DNA of 64,000 nt from Vitrella brassicaformis CCMP3155 (GCA_001179505.1 CDMY01000328.1:54949-118948), one strand, 5' to 3'; shown: positions 1-12,378, counted from the stretch's first letter. Numbers and translations: made by a program. The notes: generated by a model from the sequence alone, not told the origin.

Positions 1-2341
1 CACAGCTGCTGCGGGTCACTCAAACCATCCAACGCCGCAGACCTGACACACATACACACAGACAGACAGACAGAGAGAAGAGAACAGAACATGCAGCAAA
101 GGCACCACCTGCAGCCATCCTCATGACTGACTTACCTGACGGCGTCGCATTTCTTGGCCGCTGCCTGAGTTATCGCCCCCTCCATGCAGTCATCATACAG
201 CAGCTGAGCCCTCTTCTCGCCATCCCCTCCGGCTGGCTTGAGCAGCGACGTCGCGCGTGCGACACATGTGTCGAAGGCGAATGCGTTGGGATGGAGAGTC
301 ACTGCCAGAGGGCCACAGACGAGGGATGGATGGGGATGGTCCTGTGCTGAGCTCAGTGTCTCCTCGACAGCCTGCTTGAGTGGGGCACAAGCGAGGGCCT
401 CTCCCGTGTTGCGTGCCGATGAGTCGCTGTCTTGTCCTGTGCACGCGCGGTATACCGTGTCAGCAAATGCATCAGCTGAAGACGCATTCGCACCAGCCAT
501 AGAGCTAATCACGTCCTGACACACCTGAAGGAAGACACGGACAGACAGATGGAGCATTTAAATGACTGACAATCGCACTCAAAGACCAATGAATGGCTTT
601 TTTTGCACCTGGTTAGCGTCCGATCCATGAACACCACTGTGTCCGTGGTCCAATCTCTTTCTCGGCGCGAAGCTGCGCCAGCTTGGCGAGAAGAGTCCAC
701 ACAGGTTGGCCTCCGTCACGTGCCCACGGTCGACCAGATGCGACACTTCGGCCATGAACACGTCACATCTGGCTGTACCCGGCCACTTCTCGGCCACTCG
801 CTGACACGCCTTCCTCGCCACGCCCTCCAGCTCCTCGCTGCCGAGTAGAGGCCTTTCCATGTGCTCGTCTGTGCCGGTAGAGCCGCCTTGTGGATTGATG
901 ACAACGCTGTGGGGGGAGACGTCACTTGTCTGCTGAGCAGAGAAAAGGAGGCTGGCTCGGGCGGTCGGCCCCGGGGCATTCTTGGCGTTGACCTTGTCGA
1001 GCTGCAGGGCGGCGAGAAGCTCCACACAAATGCTGAGGGGCGTGTTCGTGGCCAGGATGGGGAGACCATGACCGTCAGGCTGGTTGCTGTCGGAACCTGC
1101 CGGCCTGGAGGTATTTGCCTTGGCCGCTGCCGAGAGGGAGCTGCCGATATGACTATCTTCCGTCTTGTTGCCGTCCCTCAGACCCTCGGTATCTTGCCCT
1201 CCTGCGCGCCGAGTGTACAAGGGTGCCACCAGAGAGCACAGCACGCCAGGATGGATACCTTCCTCGACCAGAGACGAAACAGCAGTGCCGAAAGCCATAC
1301 AGCCGACACCATCCGTCGAGACATCCTTGGCCGCGCGGAGCGGCTGTGGCCGACTTCTGCGCCAAGGAAGGTGGTCGAACATCGAGCTGAATGGGTTGCG
1401 GCTGCCTGACCGCTGGAAAAAGGCAGTAGGGGCGTGTTGCGCATGGGAAGGGCATGTCTGCTGGCAGAGGGAGACGAAATATGCGGGTGCGTTGGTGTGG
1501 GATAGGGGGGAGGGAAGAGCATCGTGGCTAGTCGTGTTGGCCGCTACTGGGATGATCAGCTGCCCTTGCTCCAGCCCCTGCAAAAGAGCAATCAATCAAG
1601 CATAGTGACATGTATGTGTCTTTGATTTCTTTCCTTCTCGGCTTGACTTACCCTCACGCACTTGTCCCTGCCGTGCTGCCACAGATAATCAGAGTTCCCT
1701 CCGTATCTCTCCAACTCGTGCTGGAAAAGACCGACGGCATCCCTCAGCTCAGCTGACATGCCCATCACACCGAGGCCTCTATCCCCGCTCCTCAGCTGTA
1801 TGAGCCCCTCGAATGCGCCAAGGAAATCGGTTGATAGAGACGAACGGTTGCTGGGTGGTCTTGGGGCTCCCAGGATGTGATCCAGGTCCATGTACAGGGG
1901 CGAGAGGACCGAACACAGCTGGGAGGGGGGCAGTCCGGCCGACACGAGAGATGCCAGGTAGCGCCCAACGACCAAACACGATGAGTGCAAACCCTCATCG
2001 GCGGGCTGCTGCTGGAGCAACGTTGTCGGAGCAGACACGCACAGGTTGCCGAAGTGGTCCCTGACGGAAGACGCTGAGAGAGGGAGGGCGACCGACGCTG
2101 CACCCTCCGTCCTCAGAAGGCCTTCCCGCAGTAGATCCTGTAGACAGTGCTTCTCGGCCAGCTTCCTCTGGTCAGTGTTTGCATCCATCCACAGCAGCTG
2201 TGGATTGAACAGATGGCGCATCGTCGCCTCCACAATGGCGCCGGGCGAAGGGGGCGCCGCAGCTGGCCGTGCGGCAACGATGCGCTGCAATGGGCATCGT
2301 GCGAGGGGGAGAAGGCACCCAAGAAGCGCCAAGACCAGCAT
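1..2341 (-). CDS. Secreted hypothetical protein with about 4 degenerate Cys-spaced (saposin-like) repeats; multi-exon, runs off the left edge
   Basis: Three consecutive minus-strand ORFs (1592-2362, 579-1595, 132-557) separated by microsatellite introns. First ATG at 2341 gives MLVLALLGCLLPLARC (signal-peptide-like). Repeated C-x(16-22)-C motif. Confidence 0.6.
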
Positions 2342-2364
2342 CGCATCGTTTACATCGCACAAGT

Positions 2365-2375
2365 TGCAAGCTTAG
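2365..2375 (-). promoter_or_regulatory. Upstream motif copy (sense CTAAGCTTGCA)
   Basis: TGCAAGCTTAG on the plus strand, about 24 bp upstream of ATG 2341. Confidence 0.5.
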
Positions 2376-2439
2376 CCAATGAATTGGATCGAACCCATGA
2401 ATCTCATGAATCCCCTACACACATTAATACATGAATCGC

Positions 2440-4540
2440 TCAGAACTCGATGGCCGAATGCCTCTTGCGCGACTTGTCACTCGAAACAACTCCGGTCCTT
2501 GTCCTCGCAATGCCCATCTTCCCCCGGGGCTCCTTGGCTTGCGTCATGCCCTTGAGTCTCGAGACATGGTGTCCCATGGCTGCTGGGCCCATCGTCGCAC
2601 GCTTCTGGATCATCCCATTAGGCGCCGTGACATCCTCCGTCTCGTCCGCTTGTGGCTTGTGAGATTCGATATATTTATCTAACTCCTCCTGAGACAGCTT
2701 CAGCCTCTTCTCGTCCAGCAATCTTCTTGCCAATTCCATGTCCTTTGCCACTATGCTAGCTGCAGCTTGGATGACGGCAAAAGGCGGCATTTCCTCCTCG
2801 ACTGGTTCCACAGGATCACTGTCCTTCTCTTCTGGTGGCACAACAGCCACTGGCGGAGGCTCAGGCGGATCCAAGAAGTCCCCCGCCTTGTCTACAGTCA
2901 TGTCGGCTAGGGGATCCTCTTCTTCATCATCGTCGTCGTAGCCGATGGGCTCATCGGATGGCTGTGGCAGAGCCAGTGTCATGTCTTCTGATTCATCCGC
3001 TGGACTGGCATGCGCTCGCCTAGCGGTGTCTCTCTTGACTGAAGTCGCCCTTGGGGAATCGCGTGGAGTCGACTTGTCGCGCGGCATGTTCATGAACTGG
3101 GTGGGCGATGGAATCTTCGGCAGCTGCGTCCAGTGGACCTTTAGAGGGGAGTCTGCCTGTGAGCGAAAGCGAGGCGAGCTGGCGTTGAAGGCCTTGTCGT
3201 GGTCCAGGCGCTTGCTTCCCCTCTTCTTCCTTTCGTCACTTCTTGCTGTAGCCGGCGTCATCGGGTGATAGGCCGCCAGCACAGTAGTGGACGGAGTGCT
3301 GCTTTTGAACGTGCTCCTGGTTGTGTATGAGGGCCGTCTCGGCGGTGGCAAGAGGGCGAAATCGGGCAAGTAGTCAGCCAGCTGGACCGTCCCTGAGCCC
3401 CTGCTCGACGGCTGCTGGAGAAGTGACGTGGGGCTTCTCGCAGCGCCATGTGGTGGAGTGTTGACCTGGGCATATCCGGGTCCTCGTTGTATCCAAGAAA
3501 CCGGCTCTTCGGTCAACCCGTGTATGGGCGAGTGAACAAGGACGCGGGCATCGTAGTGTCGGACATGCAGCAATGTCGAGGGTGACAGCGGCCGCATCTC
3601 TCGTCTGAATAGCCGCCGCGATGACACAGAGCGCCCTGCCCTGGTTTTCTGTCTTGTCGTCTCTCCCTCTCTAATGTCAGCCGCTGGTGGTGGAGTGGCA
3701 TCAGTTGCCTCCTCTTGGTGCTCATAATCGTGCTCGGTGTGGCCAAGAGGCGGTGGATCGTGTTCAAGGTCTCGAAAGGTGACGAAGTGCCATGACGCCG
3801 ACAGCTCCTGTTTAGGGATGGCCAGCTCTCCTTTGTCCACCATTCTGAGCCGGGCGTCGTAGCAATCACCTGCCCGAAAACGTGTGTAGAAGGGCTCTAA
3901 TCCACCAGCCAGCATTAGACAGAGGATAATTAAGAAGCCGTGTCTGATGTTTCTGTGTGTACTGAGTGGGTGATTGACCTTTGAGAGACTTGGGCCGTTC
4001 GGTGCTGAAGCGGTCATATGGATAAGGCACCTGACCGGCCGGCAGCTTCTGCTGCGACAGATCCACCCTGCACCAAGCACAAGCACAAGCAGAGCGCCAT
4101 ATGTGTCAGGGGAAGGCCCATAATCTCGGTCACCTTTCGGGAAGCAAATCAGGGGAAACTCCACCATGTTTTTCCGCTTCGTGCCTCCCTGTCGCTTCCT
4201 CGCACACAGATGCATGCTGGGAGGCTCGGCCTTTGGGCAGTTCGTTGCTTCCCACAGCTGGGGGAGGTTGAGCCTCTTCAAGCTCAGGTTGAACCTCTGG
4301 CCTCTGTTCATTCTCTTCCACGGCACTCTCCGTCCGCACGGGCTCCTCGCCCGTCGCCTCTCCGCTGCTCTCGTCCTGCCAGTCACCGTTCTCCTCCTGC
4401 TGAACCCATTCTTCATCCTCTCCGCTCCCATCGTCATTCTTTGTGGCCGCCCCTGTCAGGTGGGCCTCTGCAACACCGATGGCCTCCTCAACCACCACCT
4501 TGGAAAGCTCCGTTATCGCAGGATCTCGGATGTCCTCCAT
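2440..4540 (-). CDS. Hypothetical protein, acidic and Ser/Pro/Arg-rich, largely disordered; probably spliced
   Basis: Long GC3-rich ORFs 4130-4555 and 2440-4437 in different frames with an intron-like stretch near 3950-4130. No recognisable domain; start is uncertain. Confidence 0.5.
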
Positions 4541-5636
4541 GGGTTTTGCATGCACTTCAGTGGGCCGTCCCCAGGGGGATCCTCCGTCTCAGGATCGCGA
4601 GAGTGCTACGGATTGCTTCGCTCACACTGTTTGACCACACGTACAGCAGCTGAAGAGAAGGTCTTGGAGATTCGCTTTCACAGAAGCATCACGACACCCG
4701 CAGGAGTGGGAAGGGAGACCCACCATCGCTCCTGTTGTCTCGTCTCTCTCCGTGTGTCTGTCTGTGTGTGGTATGCATGGGCGACCAGCACATCTGATCT
4801 AGAGGCGGCAATGATTAGTATGTAGGCAGTGGCAAAGGCACAGGCAGGCAATCACGGAAACACAAGCGCAGAGAAGGTCTTGCCTGCATTATGCACACAT
4901 TCGTATAATGCACGCACTGCACTCATGGACAGCCAGCCTACAACCGTCGCCCTTCAGTGCATCCGCCAGCGAACCTGGGTCGGTGACACACGAGGATGTC
5001 GTGTGGCATCAAGTCCGATACCCTGGGTGACGTACTGCATTGCGACGATCGATCGACACATCACATCACACATCGTCCGCAACCACAGATCAATGCCTCC
5101 TGCCAAATCCACCGCTGATGCGCTGCCTGGTCGGTGATGAAACCCATGACAGCCAGTCCCCAGGCTGTCTTGTTCTTCACCGCTGACCAGGCACTGCACC
5201 AACAGCGACTCAGCAACGCAACGACACACAGCAGAAGGATGCAAACTCATCTGAAGAGCTAGCACCGTCCACATAAATGCACCCAGGCCCCGCGAACGTC
5301 GCATGGATGAGGCTGCACCGCACTTTCACCCAGATGGAAAAAACGGCGGCACGGCAACACACCAGCAGCCAGCGCGACATGCATGCCCTCCCTTCCCGAT
5401 GCATAACATGCTTGAACGACCGCGTCACACTCGCATTGGAAAAAGAGTGGCACACGACGACAGACAGAAACACAACGAGGCAGTCACTTCTCCGTCTCTA
5501 GCCCCCCACAGACGTACACACGTGCAGGGAAGGAGCAAGTCGGCGAGATGACAAAGGTACCACGCATAGCATAAGTACCCAGACAGACAGAGTAGCGATT
5601 CGAGTGTGTCGGCTGGCTGGCTGGCTGGCTGGCTGA

Positions 5637-7921
5637 TCAGTGGTGGAAGAGCCTGAGGTCCGTCATGGCCATGAGCATGCCGTACTCGTTGGCCGCCTTG
5701 GTCACCTCAGGGTCCTGCACACTCCCGCCTGCATACATACGTGACAGACAACATTTCCACACACACAAGGCGGTGAATGCACTCTTGATGAATGCATGGC
5801 TCGGTGTGCATCTGTGTATGTATGTCTGTGTACCTGGGTTGACGATGTACTCGACGCCATACTTGGACGCATGGTCGATGTTGTCCCTGACACACACGCA
5901 CACACACACACACGCACACACAGTGTCGGTGTGATCGATGGCTGCAAGGATGTGTGTGATATGTGCCACAGACCCACCTGAAGGGGAAGAAGGCGTCAGA
6001 CGAGATGGACACGCCCTTGAGCGTCTTGAGGAAATCCTTCTTCTCAGCCTCGGTCAGCGGCTCGGGCACCTGACACACACAACACACAACACAGGACGAC
6101 ACGACAGGTCATACATGCCAATATCCCGCCGCCTGACGCACCAGGCCAGGCCAGGCAGCCCACCTGTTCGAATTTGTCGTCAAACTCTTTCTTTTCGATG
6201 TCAGTGAAATCGCCCTCGATGTACCTCACTCGGCCGTTGACGCGGTCCTGCCGCTTGATGCCCTCCTTGAACTTCAATCCCATCACCTTCGGGTGCTGAC
6301 GAAGATACCTACACAAGACAACACACACAGCAGATACAACACATGAATGCACTGGCCTATGTGTTTGTGTTTGTGTTTGTGTGTGTGAGGGGGGGGGGGG
6401 GNNNNNNNNNNNNNNNNNNNNNNNNNNNNNNNNNNNNNNNNNNNNNNNNNNNNNNNNNNNNNNNNNNNNNNNNNNNNNNNNNNNNNNNNNNNNNNNNNNN
6501 NNNNNNNNNNNNNNNNNNNNNNNNNNNNNNNNNNNNNNNNNNNNNNNNNNNNNNNNNNNNNNNNNNNNNNNNNNNNNNNNNNNNNNNNNNNNNNNNNNNN
6601 NNNNNNNNNNNNNNNNNNNNNNNNNNNNNNNNNNNNNNNNNNNNNNNNNNNNNNNNNNNNNNNNNNNNNNNNNNNNNNNNNNNNNNNNNNNNNNNNNNNN
6701 NCGTACGTCAGTGACGACGTTTTGGAGTTTGGCAGCGTCGAAGAGTGCGTCGTTTCTCTTCTGCATGAAGCCCATGCCGTAGATGTCACGGAACTCCAGA
6801 GGCGGGGGCGCAAACGACGGGTCAGCCTGACACACACACACACACACACCATTCCGTGACATTCATTCAAACAGGTGTCTGTGTGTTGTGCTTATGGATG
6901 TGTGTGTGCGCCTAGCGTGTGTGCGTACCGTACCTGCAGTATGATGAATTTGCCGCCCTTCTTGGCCTTGAGGATCTCCAGAGCCTTCTCGTGATACCTG
7001 CCCACACACGCACAATCCGCCCACACACACACACGCGGTGCACCATACCTGCCACCCCCTCCCTCCCTCCGTCCCCTTCTGTGTGCTAACCCCGGTGCGA
7101 CGATGCCGTCGCTGACTTCCGGCTTGAGCACCAGTGCGGTCTCCTCGTCCACCACGTCACTCAGCGCAGCGAAGTCGCCGAAGGAGCACATCGGGTCGGC
7201 ATTCCTCGCACGCACGTACGCACAGGCCGCGTCCGTGAGCTTCTTGTCGCCGATGTCGAACACCTGACGCTCCACCGCCGTCAGCGGGGCCGAGATGGCC
7301 GCCCCGGCCGGCGACACGTGCTTGAATGAGGCCGCAGCGGCCTTGCCCGTGGCCTGCCTGAGCTCCTTGACGAGCTGCCATGCGTTGACGGCGTCGAGGA
7401 GGTTGATGTAGCCGGGCGTGCCGTTGACAACGGTGAGGGGGAGGGGGTGGCCGCCCAGGGCGCAGAGGGCCGCCGGCTTCTGGTGTGGGTTGCAGCCGTA
7501 CTTGAGGGTCAGCAGGGGGTTGTAGACGTTGGGGTAGTTGACGGGCTGGTAGCTGTCGAGGGCCTGGGTGAAGTAGCGGCTGATGGCGCTGTCGTAGGCG
7601 GCAGTGCGGGAGAAGGCCGCCGCAGCGAGGTGCTTTCGCAGCTCTGGCGTGCTGCATCCGCCGTGGTTCTTCATGCTGTCCTTGACGAGGGCGTACTGGT
7701 CTGGCGAGGTGACGATGCACACAGCGGGGTTGTTCTTGGCGGCTGCGCGGATCATGGCGGGGCCGCCGATGTCGATGTTCTCCATGCACGTGTAGTAGTC
7801 GGCCCCGCCCTTGACGGTCTGCTCGAAGGGGTACAGGTTGACCACCACCAGGTCAATCGCACCCACGCCGTGCTGCACCATCTCGGCCTCGTGGCTGGCG
7901 TTGCCCCGCACTGCCAGCAGC

Positions 7922-7956
<35 letters not shown>

Positions 7957-8181
7957 CCCGTCGAGGATCTCCGGGGAGCCGGTGTAGTCGGACACCTCCT
8001 GCACGGGCACGCCCGCCTCCTGGAGCTTCTTGTAGGTGCCGCCAGTCGACAGCAGGTGCACACCGCCCTCAGCGAGGAACTGACCGAACTCCACCACTCC
8101 GGCCTTGTCGAAGACGGATAGGAGGGCGCGCTCTATCTTGCGAGGGGCGTCGGTGCCCACGACGGCTGTGATGGACGGCAT
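5637..8181 (-). CDS. purH: Bifunctional AICAR transformylase / IMP cyclohydrolase
   Basis: [71 protein letters not shown], and C-terminal LRLFHH-stop at 5637. The TQSN/GQQSR segment is absent and must lie in the 6402-6701 gap. Confidence 0.97.
6402..6701. other. Scaffold gap (300 N); similar gaps at 24533-24832, 38192-38491, 53165-53464, 55625-55924 and 58492-58791
   Basis: All are exactly 300 N, and each abuts a poly-G or poly-C run on at least one side. Confidence 0.98.
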
Positions 8182-8409
8182 GCTGGCTGGCTGGCTGCTC
8201 ACGATGAGATGAGTGCGGACGGGAGATCTCCGAGATGGGATGAGAGATGCGGATCACGACGGCTGAAAAGGACGATGAAGAGAGGTTGCTGAACACGTTG
8301 CTGAAGGTGGGAGAGCCGCTACATGAGTTCCTCGTGGCGACGCCGTCTCAGCGAGCTATCTCGACGCGCCCCCACCCGGCCCCCACCTCCCGTAACGCAT
8401 CTCTAAGAA

Positions 8410-8984
8410 ATGGGCGGTGTGATTGGGAATGTGCTGGCCAAGGTGATGACAGTGAGCGTGAGCAGGAAGCCTGGAGGAGGCCCCCCGCCGCTGCTCAAGA
8501 ACCCCAGCCGTGCCTCGTGCCTCATCGCAGCCTTTGTGCAGGCGCTGGTCTTCCTCACGGCCATCTCGGCCAACGTGCTGCAGTCGATGCTCGACTGGTC
8601 CTGCAACCCATGGACCACCTGCTACTTCCAGTTGAGCGCCGTTATCTGCCTCCTCACGACGGTCTTCTATGTCTTTTTGGCGTGTGTCGATTACCGAAGC
8701 GACGAGAGGTGGTACTCTTACCTTGGCTGGATGCTGTTGATCACGTTGGTGAAGCTGGGGGGCAAGCGGCGGGGTGCTGGCTGAGCTACCTGAACTTCAT
8801 CCATCGGGGTGAGGAGGGGACGAGTTACTACTTTTGCTATCATGACTTCAAGACGCTGTACTACTACACGCTGGCCATGACGGCCTGCCATGTGACGGCC
8901 ATGACCTATGTGGTCTATGTGGCCTTCTTTCGGATCTTTGCCGGCATTGTGGGGCAGTTCAAGAAGCTCAAAGGCATCACTTAG
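8410..8984 (+). CDS. Small 4-TM membrane protein; assembled reading frame broken at a G6 run (8757-8762)
   Basis: Frame from ATG 8410 has hydrophobic helices and stops at 8784. The overlapping -1 frame continues with further hydrophobic segments (CWLSYLNFI, LAMTACHVTAMTYVVYVAFF) to a stop at 8984. One extra G joins them. Confidence 0.6.
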
Positions 8985-9289
8985 ATGAGACACACATGAC
9001 ACAGACAGACACAGGCTGACACGATGTCCATCGATGTGTTGAGTAATTGGGAGATCCCTTCCCTCTCTGTCCATCCATATCTCTCTCTGCGCAGTGTCCA
9101 CCCATCCATTCACAGCAACACGCATCTGCCATCTGCCGCCACATAAGCAATAATTAAACTAGCCAACGACCAACACACAACAGATGAGCCGAGCAGTCTG
9201 TCTGTCTGAGTGTCCGGCTGCAGGTACCATACCCGGGGGCATTCATGTGTGTGTGCCTGGCTGTTGCTGGCTGTTCGACGCTCCCAAGC

Positions 9290-10713
9290 TCCTGAATCCT
9301 CACGGCAGTCAGGGTGGCGGCTGCCGCGAGAAACCGGGAGCTGACGATCGTCGAACAGCGTGCAGCGCCGCACGCTGATCGGATGAGAGCACGAGTACAA
9401 ACACCCACTGTCTCCCGTCGACATGTGAGCATGCCAGCAGCACATTCCTCACGCGACACAGAAAACGGTCGTCGGTGGCACTCTCGCCGACGAATGTCTT
9501 GTGTGTCGGCTGAGAGATCTGCTGCTGACATCCACACACTCCGGGTCACACGAATCCGTAGCATTAGACCCCCCAACAGATAGATAAACAGGCAGGCAGT
9601 GTGCAGCACACCACACCACACCACACCACACCACACAGGCTGCCGCATATTTCTCTACAGCATGCACGATGCACCATGCACATGCAGGCATTCAAGGCAG
9701 GAGCGTTAAAACACGAAGGAAGCATGAGCCCGGAAAATGGGCTCACGTCACCCATCTCAATCTCAATCTCTCTCACACACACACTCTCCCTCTCTCAGAG
9801 TGGAAGATGTATAGGGGCACAAAGACCCACATATTACATCATTGAAAGTGCAACACGCATGCTCACACGCAGGCAGACACACACACGCATACGACGTATG
9901 TATGTATGTATGTATGTTTGTTTGTGTGAGGGTGTGCGGACCACGCAAGCACCCACCCACCCATGGGCCCATGGATCCACTCGTTCGTCATATGCACAGC
10001 TGGGTGTGGACGGCCCCCGAGTTGTAGAATCGCCTCAGCAGTGCCGAAATGACGCCATGCTCAGCCTCGTCATCCTGACAAACAAAACACATATACCCCA
10101 CAACACACACCCCAGCCGACGGATGGATGATGCACATGGGATGGGTGTCTTCTGTGTCTTCTGTCTCTGTGTGTGTCGATGTCGATGTGTGGGTCGACCG
10201 TACCGGGTCTAGGTCTGTGTGTGTGATGTTGACGATCAGGAAGTACAGGCGGCCGACCAAAAAGATGGGGCTGACGTGCAGCAGCGGACACAGCAGCTCA
10301 CCTGAACAAAGACTCACGCAAAGGAAAGAAACACAGCCATGACACACATAACCGGCAGGCCTCCCCTTTTGTCCACCCACTCTCTCACTCACCCGATCGT
10401 CGCCTGATGAGCGCCCGCACGACGATGTCATTGGCCACAGACACGCCATGTGACGCGCGCGTCTCGTCCAACTGAATGGACCATACCATTGACACATAGG
10501 GAAGGACAGATCATGCCTGTGTGTGCCTCTATCCTAACCGTCCCGTCCTGCCCCTGTGTGTGTGTGGCTACGTACGTATCTGATGAGTGCCTGGTTTGCG
10601 TGGTCGTTGACGTCCGAGCACATGAGCGAGTAAGGAGAACCGATGACGTCCCACGGCTCGTACCCACACAACTTGCAAAACGCCTCTGACACTATCACCA
10701 ACGGGCTACACAT

Positions 10714-10746
<33 letters not shown>

Positions 10747-11393
10747 CCATGCACATTGCCTCCCTCCCTCCCTCCCTCCATCCCTCTCGCCCTTCCTTAC
10801 TAGTTGGGCTGCTCGGAGTCGATCAACGCCGGCCCGAACTGCACATCCCGATACAGCGCACTCACCAGCCCCGTCCCCCTCTCCCCTTCCGACATCATCG
10901 GCACCCCGCTGCCCCCCCCAAATGAGCTCTTCTCCCCCACCATGGCCAGGCGAGACCGCAGCTCCTCAACGTGGTCCTGCAGAAACGCCACCGTCTCCTC
11001 CAGATGGCGTGCCTGCGTCTGCGACCCCGACGCATCGCTGCACACACTCACACCGCTCCTGTGGACGGTCGATGGCCGCGTTGTCCCGGTGATTCCGCTG
11101 CTGCTCTGGCCCCCGTCTGAGGCACCGCTGCTCGACCCCTGCCGACAGATGGTATCGGGAGGAGGGTGCAGGAGACCACTGTCGCTGTTCGCCAGGCTGC
11201 CTTGCCGGAGCATCTTCTTGCGCCACTCATTGGGGTCGTAGGGCGGCGTCAGCTTTCGTTTATCGCTGGGGAGGAGAGCGGGAGGCCTGTGGTGGGATGC
11301 TGTCGGCCCGTCGAAGGGGAAGAGGTCTTCAGGGAAGGAATCTTCGTCTGCATCAGACGCCAATGTGAAGCCGCCACCCTCCGCCATCGCCAT
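9290..11393 (-). CDS. Coiled-coil plus LOV-type PAS domain protein lacking the canonical flavin-binding motif; 3' end uncertain
   Basis: Exon 1 (11393 to about 10801) ends ALIDSEQPN, then spliced YPLVIVSEAFCKLCGYEPWDVIGSPYSLMCSD and later ELLCPLLHVSPIFLVGRLYFLIVN. These match LOV/PAS beta-strand signatures (DNPIVFASxxFxxLTGY; LLHISPV). Confidence 0.65.
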
Positions 11394-11454
11394 TGTCCTG
11401 CACCGAGCTCCCTCACAAGCTGGGGTTCAGGGTTGCAAGCTCGAAAAGAACTCA

Positions 11455-12152
11455 ACCGCCCACCACACCCAGGTCAACCGCAGCAACGCACGTCGGCCGG
11501 GCGGCATTGCAGCTGCAGGGGCGGAGCGCGACAAAGATCGCAAGTACGGTGCCAACTGCCGGCAGAAGGGCTACACATTCGTGCCCTTAGCGGCGGAGAC
11601 GTTCGGCCGGTGGGGTGGCGAGACCCTCACTCTGCTCCGCCGCCTGGCGAGACGGCGCGTCCCCCCACCCGCCAGCTCTGCAGAAGACCGTGCATTTTTT
11701 CATGAGGGTGTCATGAACCATTGGGGGCAGTGTTTGTCGGTCGCGCTGATGCGCTGGAATGCTTTTCAAGTGTCCTGCCGCGCACATCACGCGGCTGATG
11801 CTCGGACACAGCAGCGAGCAGGTCTGTTCCCTGAGGACCTCATCTCTCGAGGGCCCTACAGGGCACAAACTCGCACGTTTGCCTGCCAGGACCGGCCGTG
11901 AGGGACGTGGTGTTATGGGTCGGGTTTGGGTTGTATGGTGGTTTGGTAGTGCATGTGATAGTCGCATATGCTATTGCGTTTGATGGGCCGTTCCGTTTGT
12001 GTCAGACTGCTGATGTCATTCTTGCCGTGTGATGCGCTTGTGTTTCTGCGATTGCGTGTGCCTTTGCGTGTGTGCACATCCGTATTGACTCTAGATCAGA
12101 CGTGCTGGTCGCCCATGCTTCCGTGAAAGCCAATCATTGCCTCAAAAAAAAG
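11455..12152 (+). mobile_element. 5'-truncated non-LTR retrotransposon fragment (C-terminal restriction-like endonuclease region, CRE/R2-superfamily type) with 3' UTR
   Basis: ORF AAAGAERDKDRKYGANCRQKGYTFVPLAAETFGRWGGETLTLLRRLA...WGQCLSVALMRWNA matches the AE-x2-K-x2-KY...F-x-P-x3-E-T-x-G-x-W signature of RLE-type elements. Stop at 11901, GT-rich tail, A8 near 12145-12152. No TSD identified; boundaries are approximate. Confidence 0.75.
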
Positions 12153-12378
12153 CATGGCATTCTGACGTTCGAGAGGCGCATCAGCATTTCAGTTTTTGGC
12201 AACGCCGCCCCGTCCCAGCCCGTTGCTCTCGCCCCTGTGGTCATCCATGGGACTGACGCTCGCCGCATTTCGCTGCTTGAGCTAGACGGCCGCACACGCC
12301 TGTAGTATTATCCCAGCGGCAGAGACCGACAGCACTGTAGAACCCTTCCCTCCAGCCCTTCCCTTCCCTTAGATCAGC

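Noticed and set aside
4547-4554. TGCATGCA (known apicomplexan ApiAP2 motif), also at 26902 and 51863
   Set aside because: Scattered in exons and introns as part of TGCA-type simple repeats; no promoter bias seen.
11915-11950. GGGTTTGGG/GGTTTGG tract resembling telomeric repeats after the retroelement ORF
   Set aside because: Too short and irregular; consistent with a GT-rich 3' UTR.
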